Of a DNA stretch of 64,000 bases, positions 19,106 to 27,921 are shown piece after piece. The notes below the pieces were generated by a model. It saw only the letters and a list, made by a program, of their open reading frames with translations. It had not been told where the DNA came from and searched no databases. The translations under genes and the position numbers were made by a program. The stretch's first letter is position 1, and the number at the start of each line of letters is the position of its first letter. The DNA comes from Minisyncoccota bacterium. Lineage in GTDB: Bacteria; Patescibacteriota; Minisyncoccia; UBA6257; GWB1-50-10. Where the stretch lies: the NCBI GenBank assembly GCA_041917695.1, contig JAYRXE010000037.1, positions 609,013 to 673,012 of the forward strand. The letters are read 5' to 3'.

Positions 19106-19107
19106 CT

Positions 19108-19551
19108 ATGGACGACAAGATAAACAAAGAAAATATTTTTGCGGAGCTCGCGAAGTCGCGCGCCGAACCGAAGGCTATCGGGAAGCACGCGGACGAGGAT
19201 TTCGACATTGAGGAGGAAGCGGAGGGCCAGCTCACCGTCGACGTGTACCAGGATACGGACAATATCATCGTCCAGTCCACGGTCGCGGGCGTCGGTGCCG
19301 ACGATCTCGAAGTGAACATCACGAACGAATCGGTGACCATCCGCGGCAAGCGCGAGCGAACGGAAAAGATCGCCGAGAAGGACTATTTCTACCAGGAGTG
19401 CTTTTGGGGCAAGTTCTCCCGCTCCATCATCCTTCCCGTCGAAATCGATCCGGAGGAATCGGTGGCAATCGTGAAAAACGGCGTGCTCACCATCACGATG
19501 CCGAAAGCGAACAAGCGGAAGGCAAAGAAGCTGAAGGTAAAACTCGGATAA
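19108..19551 (+). CDS. Hsp20/alpha-crystallin family small heat-shock protein
   Basis: Alpha-crystallin domain (LTVDVYQDTDNIIVQSTVAGVGADDLEVNI...GVLTITMPK). A terminator follows at 19562-19594. Confidence 0.85.
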   Translation: MDDKINKENIFAELAKSRAEPKAIGKHADEDFDIEEEAEGQLTVDVYQDTDNIIVQSTVAGVGADDLEVNITNESVTIRGKRERTEKIAEKDYFYQECFWGKFSRSIILPVEIDPEESVAIVKNGVLTITMPKANKRKAKKLKVKLG

Positions 19552-19561
19552 GAGAAACAAT

Positions 19562-19594
19562 AAAAACTCCCGACATCATCGGGAGTTTTTATTT
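19562..19594 (+). terminator. Rho-independent terminator (ACTCCCGA-catca-TCGGGAGT followed by TTTTTATTT)
   Basis: 8-bp stem plus U-tract. Confidence 0.7.
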
Positions 19595-19657
19595 GACACG
19601 CAATCCTGAAAGACTTAGAAACAAGGCAGTTCGAAAACAATTTAGAAAGGATTCGTC

Positions 19658-19927
19658 ATGAACTCTTCTTCACCCGCTCTCGCGAGAGCGAACGATAATT
19701 CATTTGTTTTCCTTATCATCATAGTCTCAAGCGCCATTCTGGCTTTCGTTTTCGCCCAATTGGGCGACTGGAGCGGAGTCGGCATCATGCTCGTCATCGC
19801 CGGCGCATCCCTTATCCTGTATGCGATTTTTAGCAAAAGAATACCGAGGGGAAAGGGGCATGTATACCTCTATGAGATAGGATGCCTTATCGTCCTTGTA
19901 GGATTCGGACTCGTTTATGCGCTGTAA
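19658..19927 (+). CDS. Small membrane protein (89 aa, 3 TM), hypothetical
   Basis: Preceded by AAGGA and followed by a strong bidirectional terminator at 19929-19963. Confidence 0.35.
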   Translation: MNSSSPALARANDNSFVFLIIIVSSAILAFVFAQLGDWSGVGIMLVIAGASLILYAIFSKRIPRGKGHVYLYEIGCLIVLVGFGLVYAL

Positions 19928-19928
19928 C

Positions 19929-19963
19929 CAAAAACCCCCGCTTCTGCGGGGGCTTTTATTTCT
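19929..19963. terminator. Bidirectional terminator (CCCCCGC-ttct-GCGGGGG flanked by an A-tract and a T-tract)
   Basis: 7-bp GC stem. It is shared by the convergent small ORF and hppA. Confidence 0.7.
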
Positions 19964-19975
19964 CAAAAATAAATT

Positions 19976-21946
19976 TTAGAGAAACGGGACGATGAGCAGG
20001 GCAACAATGTTGATGACTTTGATAAGCGGATTTATGGCGGGGCCGGCGGTGTCCTTGTAGGGGTCGCCGACGGTGTCTCCGGTCACGGCCGCCTTGTGGG
20101 CTTCCGAACCCTTCCCGCCGAAATTGCCGTCTTCAATGTATTTCTTCGCGTTGTCCCACGCGGCGCCGCCCGAGGTCATCGAAAGCGCGACGAAGAGTCC
20201 CGAGATGATCGTGCCGATCAAGAGTCCTCCCAAGGCCTGCGGGCCGAGGATGAAACCGACGATAAGCACGATGGCGAGCGGAAGGATGGAGGGTACCACC
20301 ATTTCGCGGAGTGCCGCCTTCGTGACGATATCCACCGCCTTGCCGTATTCCGGCTTCGCGGAACCGTCCATGATGCCTTTGATCTCGCGGAACTGACGGC
20401 GAATCTCGTTAACGATGGCACCTGCCGCCTTCCCAACCGACTTCATTGCAATCGAACCGAAGAGGTACGGGATTGCGCCTCCCAAGAGAAGGCCGATGAC
20501 CACTTCTGGGCTCTGGAGGTCGAAGGTGACCGTCCCGAAGACCTTTTTCAATTCTTCGGTGTAGCCCGCGAAGAGCACGAGCGCGGCGAGGCCCGCCGAA
20601 GCGATGGCGTAGCCTTTCGTGACGGCTTTCGTGGTGTTTCCGACCGCGTCCAACGCGTCGGTCACTTCGCGGACGTCCTGCGGAGCCTCCGACATTTCGG
20701 CGATGCCGCCGGCGTTATCCGTCACGGGGCCGAAGGAATCGATGGCAACGACGATGCCTGCAACCGAAAGCATGGCCGTCGCGGCGAGCGCGATGCCGTA
20801 AATGCCGAGTACGGAATACGCGCCCAAGGTGGCGAGCGCAATCACGATAATCGGCAGGAAGGTCGATTCCATGCCGACCGAGAGGCCCATGATGATATTC
20901 GTACCGTGGCCCGACGCGGACGATTCAGCGATGGATTTCACGGGACGGTATTTCTTCGCGGTGTAGTAATCGGTGATGACGACCATAAGCGCCGTCGTCG
21001 CAAGGCCGATAAGCGTGCACATGAAGACCTTGCCCGCGATATCCGGGAAATAGGTCGAGCTCGCAAAGTAGAAGAACACTGCGGAAGCGATGAGCGAGGC
21101 GATGAGCCCCTTATAGAGGGCCGTCATGATGCCTCCCTTCGACTTCGCACGGACGAAGAACATGCCGATGATGGACGCGATGATTGCAAGACCGCCCAGC
21201 ACGAACGGGAAGAGAAGCTCGTTTCCCGCGAGGCCAAGCGACGAACCCAAAAGGATTGCCGCCGTAAGCGTCACCGCATAGGTCTCAAAAAGATCCGCAG
21301 CCATGCCGGCGCAGTCGCCGACGTTGTCGCCGACGTTGTCCGCGATGACACCGGGGTTCCGGGGATCGTCTTCGGGGATGCCCGCTTCAACCTTGCCGAC
21401 CAGGTCGGTGCCGACGTCCGCGGCTTTCGTGAAGATGCCTCCTCCGAGACGGGCGAAGACGGAAATCAAGCTCGCGCCGAAACCGAGACCGATGAGCGGT
21501 TCGACCGCCCCCCCGGAGAGATAGTAAAATCCGGCGACGGAAAGCAACCCCATCGCGACGACGAGGATGCCCGTGACGGAGCCCGCCTTAAAGGCGAGCG
21601 ACAATGCCCGGCCGAGGCCGTGGCGCGCCGCTTCGGTCGTCTTCGAGTTCGAAGAGACCGCGACGTTCATGCCGATATATCCGGCGATGGCGGACATGAC
21701 GGCGCCAACCAAAAAGCCGAATGCGGCGAGCCAGCTTAACGCGAGACCGATCACTATAAACAGCGCGACCGCGACGTAGGCGACCGTCCTATACTGGCGG
21801 TTCAAATACGCCTTCGAGCCCGCCTTGATGGCGTCGGCGATGGCGACCATGCGCTCGTTCCCCCGCGGCTGGCGCGTGAGCCATCCCATCGTGAAAACGG
21901 TGTAGACGGCTGCGAGAACAATAGGGAGGAAAATGACTGTTTGCAT
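19976..21946 (-). CDS. hppA: Membrane-bound proton-translocating pyrophosphatase (K+-independent type)
   Basis: [18 protein letters not shown] and [21 protein letters not shown] motifs. GNTTKA (Lys rather than Ala) indicates the K+-independent class. Confidence 0.9.
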   Translation of the reverse strand: MQTVIFLPIVLAAVYTVFTMGWLTRQPRGNERMVAIADAIKAGSKAYLNRQYRTVAYVAVALFIVIGLALSWLAAFGFLVGAVMSAIAGYIGMNVAVSSNSKTTEAARHGLGRALSLAFKAGSVTGILVVAMGLLSVAGFYYLSGGAVEPLIGLGFGASLISVFARLGGGIFTKAADVGTDLVGKVEAGIPEDDPRNPGVIADNVGDNVGDCAGMAADLFETYAVTLTAAILLGSSLGLAGNELLFPFVLGGLAIIASIIGMFFVRAKSKGGIMTALYKGLIASLIASAVFFYFASSTYFPDIAGKVFMCTLIGLATTALMVVITDYYTAKKYRPVKSIAESSASGHGTNIIMGLSVGMESTFLPIIVIALATLGAYSVLGIYGIALAATAMLSVAGIVVAIDSFGPVTDNAGGIAEMSEAPQDVREVTDALDAVGNTTKAVTKGYAIASAGLAALVLFAGYTEELKKVFGTVTFDLQSPEVVIGLLLGGAIPYLFGSIAMKSVGKAAGAIVNEIRRQFREIKGIMDGSAKPEYGKAVDIVTKAALREMVVPSILPLAIVLIVGFILGPQALGGLLIGTIISGLFVALSMTSGGAAWDNAKKYIEDGNFGGKGSEAHKAAVTGDTVGDPYKDTAGPAINPLIKVINIVALLIVPFL

Positions 21947-21947
21947 A

Positions 21948-23144
21948 TTAGTTTTTTTCTTCGTTGGTTTCTTCTGTGGGTGCGCCTTCGGCGACTTCCG
22001 CGGGCGCCTGTGCGATGCCGCCTTCCTGCACTTCGTCAGGATTCGACTGCGAACGCACGTCTATCTTCCAGCCGGTAAGGCGTGCGGCGAGCCGCACGTT
22101 CTGCCCCCCGCGGCCGATGGCGAGTGAGAGTTGGTCGTCCGGGACGAACACCTTCGCCTCGCGGCGCGGAAGGATCTCGACCGCTTTCACCTTCGCGGGC
22201 GAGAGGGCATTACCGACGTATTTCTCCGGATCTTCTGACCACGGAATGATATCGATCTTTTCCGAACCGAGTTCGCCGGTGATGGCCATGATGCGCATAC
22301 CGCGTTGGCCGACCGCCGACCCGACCGGGTCAACGCCGTCCTGTCCCGACCATACCGCGATCTTCGTGCGGCTGCCGGGTTCGCGGGCGATGCCCTTCAC
22401 TTCGACGATGCCGTCGGCGACTTCGGGGATTTCAAGCTCGAAGAGCTTCTCCACGAACTTGGGGTGCGCGCGCGAAAGGATGATGCCCGGTCGGCGCGTG
22501 TCCTGCTGGACGGCAACCACGTAAAAACGCATGCGGTCCCCCGCTTTGTAGTGTTCGCTCGGAATCGATTCCGAAGGGAACATGATGCCGACCGCCCTGC
22601 CGAGGTTCACGTACACGTTCCCCCGATCGAAACGTTCGACGGTGCCCGAAAGGATCTTTCCTTCCCGGTCTTTGAACTCGTCATAGATAGACGAACGCTC
22701 CGCGTCGCGGATCGACTGCAAGACGACCTGCTTCGCCGTCTGTGCGGCGATGCGTCCGAAATCGTCGTGGGCCTCAAGCGGGAACTCGAGTTCCTCGCCT
22801 TCGACCGCGTCCGCCTTTATCTTCTTCGCCTCGTCGAGGAAGAGATGGCGGTCCGGATTGTAGCGGGGAAATTCCGCTTCCTCCTCAACCGCGGGATTTT
22901 CCTCCTCCCCTTCTTCAACGATCCGCACGTGTTCGGGAATGACGACCGTCTTCACCTGCCAAAACGTCGACTTCCCCGAATCGAGATCGAGGGTCGCGCG
23001 GACCACTTCCGTCTTCTTGCGGTACTCCTTCTTATAGGCGGCCGCGATCGCGTTCTCGATTGCCGCGAGCACCTTGCCTGCCTCGATACCCTTCTCCGCG
23101 GCGATCTGGTTTATCGCCGTCGAGAGGCCTTTCAAATCCATCAT
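21948..23144 (-). CDS. nusA: Transcription termination/antitermination factor NusA
   Basis: N-terminal domain, S1 domain, and KH domains ([23 protein letters not shown]). Its stop is 1 nt from the hppA start. Confidence 0.85.
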   Translation of the reverse strand: MMDLKGLSTAINQIAAEKGIEAGKVLAAIENAIAAAYKKEYRKKTEVVRATLDLDSGKSTFWQVKTVVIPEHVRIVEEGEEENPAVEEEAEFPRYNPDRHLFLDEAKKIKADAVEGEELEFPLEAHDDFGRIAAQTAKQVVLQSIRDAERSSIYDEFKDREGKILSGTVERFDRGNVYVNLGRAVGIMFPSESIPSEHYKAGDRMRFYVVAVQQDTRRPGIILSRAHPKFVEKLFELEIPEVADGIVEVKGIAREPGSRTKIAVWSGQDGVDPVGSAVGQRGMRIMAITGELGSEKIDIIPWSEDPEKYVGNALSPAKVKAVEILPRREAKVFVPDDQLSLAIGRGGQNVRLAARLTGWKIDVRSQSNPDEVQEGGIAQAPAEVAEGAPTEETNEEKN

Positions 23145-23319
23145 TGTCTTTTATAGATATATAATTTTTCGACCTTATATATTTACCTTTCGGCATTACC
23201 CGTTCCGTGAAAAACATGCGAAAAGGGTAAACAAAAAACCGACTCTAAAGAGCGGCTTTCTATGGTTCTTACAATACTCCCCTCTCCCGTTTCGTCAAAC
23301 TCTCCAGGTTCGGGATATA

Positions 23320-23348
23320 TTGACAGACTGGCCTATTTATGCTATACT
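23320..23348 (+). promoter_or_regulatory. Consensus sigma70 promoter: -35 TTGACA (23320-23325), 17-nt spacer, -10 TATACT (23343-23348)
   Basis: Perfect -35, near-perfect -10, optimal spacing. An AGGAGG ribosome-binding site at 23383-23388 and an ATG at 23395 follow. Confidence 0.7.
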
Positions 23349-23394
23349 TATTTTAGTAATTAATTAATAACTTTTTAACTTTAGGAGGTTAAAA

Positions 23395-23934
23395 ATGAAA
23401 TATTGGATCCAATTAGTTTTATCCCTCACAGCCTTTGTGGGAATTTCGTATCTTGTAATCACAGATGTGAACGAAACACTACTTTTAACCGTTTACAAAT
23501 CTCCCACCACTGAGGTTTTAACGAAAGCGCCCGGGGAATTTATGCCTATGCGCAACTATTTCAGAACAAACGATGGTGAAATGCTGATCATTGATAGATT
23601 AGACAGCATAAAAGAATTGAATCGCTACAGCAAAGGAAGCGATGCATTGGTTATCGAAATGGAAGGTGACCAGGTACGTATCGCCGGTATCAGACCAGAA
23701 CTCGTAAGATGCGTATGGATAAGTGCCCCCAGCATTGTCCAAAAAATCAAATCGATAGAAGTTAAGTCTGACTTGGATAATGTATATATCACGTGCTTCG
23801 TGGAAAGAGATTGGGCACAGTCAATAATAGCGCTTACATTAGTATCCATCTTCTCTCTTCCATTCTTCTTTTACGCTGTGCACCGTCTCCAAAGGCTGAA
23901 AGAAGCGAGGCTGATTGAAAAGGCGACAATTTAA
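23395..23934 (+). CDS. Membrane protein of unknown function (N- and C-terminal TM helices) in a low-GC cassette
   Basis: Strong ribosome-binding site and promoter, terminator at 23947-23977. GC content about 38% against about 60% for its neighbours. Foreign codon usage (AGA/AGG Arg, ATA Ile, TTA Leu). Confidence 0.55.
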   Translation: MKYWIQLVLSLTAFVGISYLVITDVNETLLLTVYKSPTTEVLTKAPGEFMPMRNYFRTNDGEMLIIDRLDSIKELNRYSKGSDALVIEMEGDQVRIAGIRPELVRCVWISAPSIVQKIKSIEVKSDLDNVYITCFVERDWAQSIIALTLVSIFSLPFFFYAVHRLQRLKEARLIEKATI

Positions 23935-23946
23935 GATTCTAATTCA

Positions 23947-23977
23947 AAACCCGCTTGTTCAGCGGGTTTCTTTTTTA
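23947..23977. terminator. Bidirectional terminator (AAACCCGCT-tgttc-AGCGGGTTT followed by a T-tract)
   Basis: Hairpin between the convergent island ORF and the yraN-like gene. Confidence 0.7.
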
Positions 23978-24364
23978 CACATTCTCGTAGTGATGCTCGA
24001 GCCAGTCGTTTCCAATACGCGTAAGGCAGATGCAATCGCACCGCCAGCCCCTACACTCATCAACCAACTCGGGATGCAGGCGGGCATACGCTTCCGATGC
24101 TCGATGGAACTTTATGAGTTTTGACGGACTCATCTGGTCTTCCGGCCGAATCCCCTCGCTGAAATTCCTCATCGTCTTCACTTCGACAAAAACGAGGGTT
24201 TTATCCCCCGCTTTTGCGACGATGTCTATTTCTCCGAAAGGCTTCCGCCAGTTCAACTCTACTATCCGGCACCCCTTCTCTTCCAGAATCTCGGAAGCCT
24301 TTCTCTCTCCTTCCTTCCCCAGTTCCCTGCTTTCCATACCGGTTTTAATTATAGCACTTTCCAT
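23975..24364 (-). CDS. YraN/UPF0102 family endonuclease-like protein (restriction-endonuclease fold)
   Basis: GEIDIVA...LVFVEVKTM core matching the UPF0102 signature (GEIDLIA...LVFVEVKTR). The real start may be the Met at 24337. Confidence 0.6.
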   Translation of the reverse strand: MESAIIKTGMESRELGKEGERKASEILEEKGCRIVELNWRKPFGEIDIVAKAGDKTLVFVEVKTMRNFSEGIRPEDQMSPSKLIKFHRASEAYARLHPELVDECRGWRCDCICLTRIGNDWLEHHYENV

Positions 24365-24368
24365 TCTT

Positions 24369-24388
24369 AAAATGTTTACCGGTAAACA
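24369..24388. promoter_or_regulatory. Palindromic operator-like site 1: AAAATGTTTA-CCGG-TAAACA (perfect 16-bp palindrome TGTTTACCGGTAAACA at 24373-24388)
   Basis: Read directly from the sequence. It lies immediately upstream of the yraN-like gene. Confidence 0.5.
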
Positions 24389-24429
24389 ACTTACAAAAAA
24401 GCGTAGGATTCATGCGGTTACTGAGTATT

Positions 24430-24461
24430 CAAGCTAGGCCTTAAAATGTAGGCCTAGCTTG
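24430..24461. repeat. Perfect 12-bp inverted repeat CAAGCTAGGCCT-taaaatgt-AGGCCTAGCTTG (stable hairpin or cruciform)
   Basis: Read directly from the sequence. It lies between the two palindromic sites. Confidence 0.6.
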
Positions 24462-24538
24462 ACTATCAGGTTCAGTAAAAACACAACCCGGTTTTTCAAT
24501 TTATTCAGTTTTTCCTGGGTTTTTTGATTTTTTGTTTC

Positions 24539-24562
24539 AAAATGTTTATCGGTAAACATTTT
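24539..24562. promoter_or_regulatory. Palindromic operator-like site 2: AAAATGTTTA-TCGG-TAAACATTTT (10-bp perfect arms)
   Basis: Same half-sites as site 1, 170 bp away. Confidence 0.5.
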
Positions 24563-24646
24563 TAACATGAATTTTGGGCAAAAGTGCAAAAAAGCTAATA
24601 ACCATCTTCCTACCCGGTTCTCAAACCCACACTTCTCCCGATGAAC

Positions 24647-24675
24647 AAAAAAACCGCCCGAGGCGGTTTATTTTC
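24647..24675 (-). terminator. Rho-independent terminator for the phosphoesterase gene (AAACCGCC-cga-GGCGGTTT; T-tract on the minus strand)
   Basis: GC hairpin immediately after the stop at 24675. Confidence 0.65.
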
Positions 24676-25382
24676 TAGACTTTGACTGCTTGAGGCTTTC
24701 CAACGAGTACGGACTCCATCCGCACTTCTCCATCCTTCAAGAGAATATAGGAGCATTTATCGTCCACCCAGCACCCGGAGTTCAGATAGGTCGTTTTCCC
24801 CGACTTCATCGTCAGGCAATCGTGGGTGTGTCCGCAGAACACATAGTCCATGCCTTTTCCGGAAGCATATTCAAGGGCTCCCTTCGCCACCCGCTTGGAG
24901 ACCCTAAGCCAGACCTTATACCGCTTTTTGACGAATCCGCTCATGCGCTTCTTTTGACCGTCAAAACGCTGGATGAGCCGATAGGAGCGGTTCAACGTCG
25001 TCGCGAGCGGCTCGCTCTGGATGAGGAATTTATCGTACTGGTGCCCGTGGAGGACGACGCACCGCTTGCCGCTCCACGTGAAGGAAAAGTGGGTATGCGT
25101 CTCAATACCGAGGGATTTGAAGAACTGCTTCGCGAAGAAGTCATGGTTTCCGGCGACCCAGATGACCCGTTTTCCGGAAAGGGCGATTTCCCTGAGTCGT
25201 GTGAGCAGCTGCCAATGGTCGGGGGAAAGAAATCGGAGGTTCGGATTATCGAGAATGTCGCCGTTTAAAATAAGCGTGCCGAAGTCCGTGCGCGCCAAAA
25301 AGGCGGCGAGATCCTTCGCCCGGGCCATTCGCGAGCCCAAATGCAGGTCGGAGACGATAAGAATAGAGGAATCGATGTCCAT
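24675..25382 (-). CDS. Calcineurin-like metallophosphoesterase (LpxH-like family)
   Basis: SDLHLG, GDILD, GNHD and GHTH motifs in the canonical order. Confidence 0.75.
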   Translation of the reverse strand: MDIDSSILIVSDLHLGSRMARAKDLAAFLARTDFGTLILNGDILDNPNLRFLSPDHWQLLTRLREIALSGKRVIWVAGNHDFFAKQFFKSLGIETHTHFSFTWSGKRCVVLHGHQYDKFLIQSEPLATTLNRSYRLIQRFDGQKKRMSGFVKKRYKVWLRVSKRVAKGALEYASGKGMDYVFCGHTHDCLTMKSGKTTYLNSGCWVDDKCSYILLKDGEVRMESVLVGKPQAVKV

Positions 25383-25449
25383 TCAGCGGTTTGAATTTTA
25401 TACCAAATTCAATTTAAATAAAGGGGCATTCCATTTCTCCAAAAAATTA

Positions 25450-27567
25450 ATGACTAAGAAGCGGAAGAAGACCAAGCGCCAGAAAGAGACGCCTGTGCCG
25501 AAAAAAAATCGCGAGAAAGAGCATAAAGAAAAAGGGGAGAGTCCGTACGGATTCTCGTCACTGCATCCCGACATCAGAAAGAGCGTCATCGTCGTCTTGC
25601 TTTTCGGCATCGCCATCGTTTTCCTGCTCGCGGGCCTCGGCCAAGCGGGACCGTGGGGGAGCGCCATCTACAACGGACTGAAGAATCTTTTCGGGTGGGG
25701 GTATTATTTCATTCCCGCCATGTTCTTCCTCCTCGCGTTTTCCTTCATGTCTGAAGAGCGGAAGAATTTTCTCGGCCTTTCGACCATCGCCGCCGTCGTC
25801 TTCGTTTTTTCGGGCCTCGGTTTCATAGACCTCATCGCGCCGGAAAGCGGGGGACTTATCGGCAAAGGCGTCGGCTCGCTTGAGAGCGCATTCGGGAAGC
25901 CAACGTCGTTCGTCATCACGCTCATGCTGCTTATTGCGTCATTCATCATCGCCGTGAACCGACCGCTTAAGTTCGTGCGCGAAAAACTTGATGAGGATGA
26001 CGAAGATGAGGAGGAGGAAGAGATGCCTGTACACGAAGCCGTGATGGCGCTCCCCGAAGAAGATGACGAAGAGGAAGAGGCGGAAGCTGAAAAAGACACC
26101 CCTATAAAGGTGGCCGACACTCACGCGCCGGCATCTGAGAAACCGCTTAAGATGCGCACCGCGCAGATAAAGAACTACGTCGCGCCCCCGCTCTCGCTCC
26201 TTTCTTCCGCCGTCGATAAGCCCACTTCCGGCGATTTGCAGGCGAACGCGAACATCATCAAGCGCACGTTTGAAAGTTTCGGCATCGCCGTCGAAATGGG
26301 GGAGATAAACGTCGGGCCTACCGTCACGCGCTATACCTTGAAGCCCGCCGAAGGAACGCGCCTTTCACGCATCACCGCGCTCCACCAGGACCTCGCGCTC
26401 GCGCTTGCCGCGCACCCCATCCGCATCGAAGCGCCCATCCCGGGCAAATCGCTCGTCGGCATCGAGGTGCCGAACAAAGCGGCCGCCGTCGTCCGCCTCG
26501 GAAGCCTTCTCTTATATCCCGACTTCCAAAAATCCGGCGCCCTTTCATTCGCGCTCGGCCGGAACGTTTCGGGCGAACCGCTTTTCCCCGAAGTTTCAAA
26601 GATGCCCCACTTGCTCGTCGCGGGCGCCACAGGCTCGGGCAAGTCCATCACGGTGCATTCGCTCATCCTCTCCCTCCTTTTCAAAAATTCGCCTGAGATG
26701 CTCGGCCTCATCCTCGTAGACCCGAAGCGCGTCGAGCTTTCCATTTATGACGGCATCCCGCACTTGCTCGCTCCCGTCATCACCGAAACGAAGAAGACGA
26801 TGAGCGTCTTGAAGTGGGCCATCGACGAGATGGACCGCCGGTACCAGATTCTCCTCGAGTCCGGCTGCCGGGACATCAAGAGCTACCACAAGAGCCACCA
26901 CGACCTTCCGTACATCGTGATCGTCATCGACGAGCTCGCCGACGTCATGGCGCAGTTCGGCAGGGAAGTGGAAGGCTCCATCATCCGCCTTGCGCAGATG
27001 GCGCGCGCGACCGGCATCCACCTCGTGCTTGCCACCCAGCGCCCGTCCGTCGAAGTCATCACCGGCCTCATCAAAGCGAACATCACGACCCGTATCGCGC
27101 TTCAGGTGGCTTCCCAAATCGACTCGCGCACCATCCTCGACACCGCGGGCGCGGAAAAGCTTCTCGGTAAAGGCGACCTTCTCTTCACTTCCGCGGAACT
27201 TTCCAAGCCGACCCGCCTGCAGGGCGCGTTCGTCACGGAAGACGAGATCAAGAAGGTGGTGAGCTTCATCCGCGAGAACAACAAACCGACCGGCGATGAA
27301 TCAATCCTCGGCGGAGATGACGACGAATCTGTCGTCGAAGGCCGTTCGATGATTCCGCTCGACGAGTACGATAAGAACGGGGATGACGACGAATTGTACG
27401 AAGAGGCGATAGAGGTGGTGCGGAGCGCGCGGAAGGCGAGCGCGTCGCTCCTCCAACGCCGGCTTAAAGTCGGGTATGCGCGGGCGGCTCGGCTCCTGGA
27501 CCTCATGGAGGAACGGGGCGCGATCGGTCCCGGCGAAGGCGCAAAACCGCGGGAGGTATTCCTTTAG
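25450..27567 (+). CDS. ftsK: DNA translocase FtsK/SpoIIIE
   Basis: N-terminal 4-TM domain, acidic linker, motor domain with Walker A (GATGSGKS), and C-terminal gamma winged-helix (LLQRRLKVGYARAARLLDLMEERG). The track ORF start at 25021 overlaps the divergent gene. An alternative start at 25375 has an AGAGGA ribosome-binding site. Confidence 0.85.
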   Translation: MTKKRKKTKRQKETPVPKKNREKEHKEKGESPYGFSSLHPDIRKSVIVVLLFGIAIVFLLAGLGQAGPWGSAIYNGLKNLFGWGYYFIPAMFFLLAFSFMSEERKNFLGLSTIAAVVFVFSGLGFIDLIAPESGGLIGKGVGSLESAFGKPTSFVITLMLLIASFIIAVNRPLKFVREKLDEDDEDEEEEEMPVHEAVMALPEEDDEEEEAEAEKDTPIKVADTHAPASEKPLKMRTAQIKNYVAPPLSLLSSAVDKPTSGDLQANANIIKRTFESFGIAVEMGEINVGPTVTRYTLKPAEGTRLSRITALHQDLALALAAHPIRIEAPIPGKSLVGIEVPNKAAAVVRLGSLLLYPDFQKSGALSFALGRNVSGEPLFPEVSKMPHLLVAGATGSGKSITVHSLILSLLFKNSPEMLGLILVDPKRVELSIYDGIPHLLAPVITETKKTMSVLKWAIDEMDRRYQILLESGCRDIKSYHKSHHDLPYIVIVIDELADVMAQFGREVEGSIIRLAQMARATGIHLVLATQRPSVEVITGLIKANITTRIALQVASQIDSRTILDTAGAEKLLGKGDLLFTSAELSKPTRLQGAFVTEDEIKKVVSFIRENNKPTGDESILGGDDDESVVEGRSMIPLDEYDKNGDDDELYEEAIEVVRSARKASASLLQRRLKVGYARAARLLDLMEERGAIGPGEGAKPREVFL

Positions 27568-27593
27568 ATAGATAAAAACTTGAAGATAAAAAT

Positions 27594-27616
27594 AAAGCCG
27601 CATTAAAGCGGCTTTT
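27594..27616. terminator. Bidirectional terminator (GCCGC-attaaa-GCGGC with flanking A and T tracts)
   Basis: Short GC stem. It follows the ftsK stop. Confidence 0.45.
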
Positions 27617-27875
27617 GTGAAACTATGAAATACAGAGTAGGTAAGGCTAGAAAAACTATCGCCATCCCTATTCTGGAGAAAAGATGCATATCTTTTCCCA
27701 AAAAAATTACATACGTGAACCCTGCAAATGGGGCGACTATGAACGCTATCGCTATAAGAACCTTAATGGTAACGACATTAAGTTCGTTGAGGTCCCCGGC
27801 GAAGGGGATAGTCATGAGCGAAAAAAATATCGTTAGCGCCAACATAAGCGCCGGAATGGCTTTTCTTGATTCCAT
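27603..27875 (-). CDS. Small membrane protein (90 aa, 3 TM), hypothetical
   Basis: Hydrophobic ORF in an AT-rich intergenic region. No ribosome-binding site checked. Confidence 0.3.
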   Translation of the reverse strand: MESRKAIPALMLALTIFFSLMTIPFAGDLNELNVVTIKVLIAIAFIVAPFAGFTYVIFLGKDMHLFSRIGMAIVFLALPTLYFIVSQKPL

Positions 27876-27905
27876 TTTTTTACCTATTTGATTAGTAATT
27901 ATTAC

Positions 27906-27921
27906 TGTTATAAATATAACA
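27906..27921. promoter_or_regulatory. 16-bp palindrome TGTTATA-AA-TATAACA (context ACTGTTATAAATATAACATG), candidate SOS-box-like operator upstream of the rodZ-like/recA operon
   Basis: Perfect 7-bp arms. It resembles the CTGT-N8-ACAG LexA-box architecture. Confidence 0.4.

Noticed and set aside
24491-24535. Phased T-tracts (TTTTT at about 24492, 24509, 24521, 24529) suggesting intrinsically bent DNA
   Set aside because: Spacing (17, 12, 8 bp) is not helically phased well enough to claim curvature. It is mentioned only as context for the operator region.
25021-25449. Track start of the ftsK ORF at 25021 (848 aa)
   Set aside because: It would overlap 360 nt of the convergent-strand phosphoesterase gene. 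The translated extension has no FtsK-like features. An internal ATG (25450) gives the expected N-terminus.
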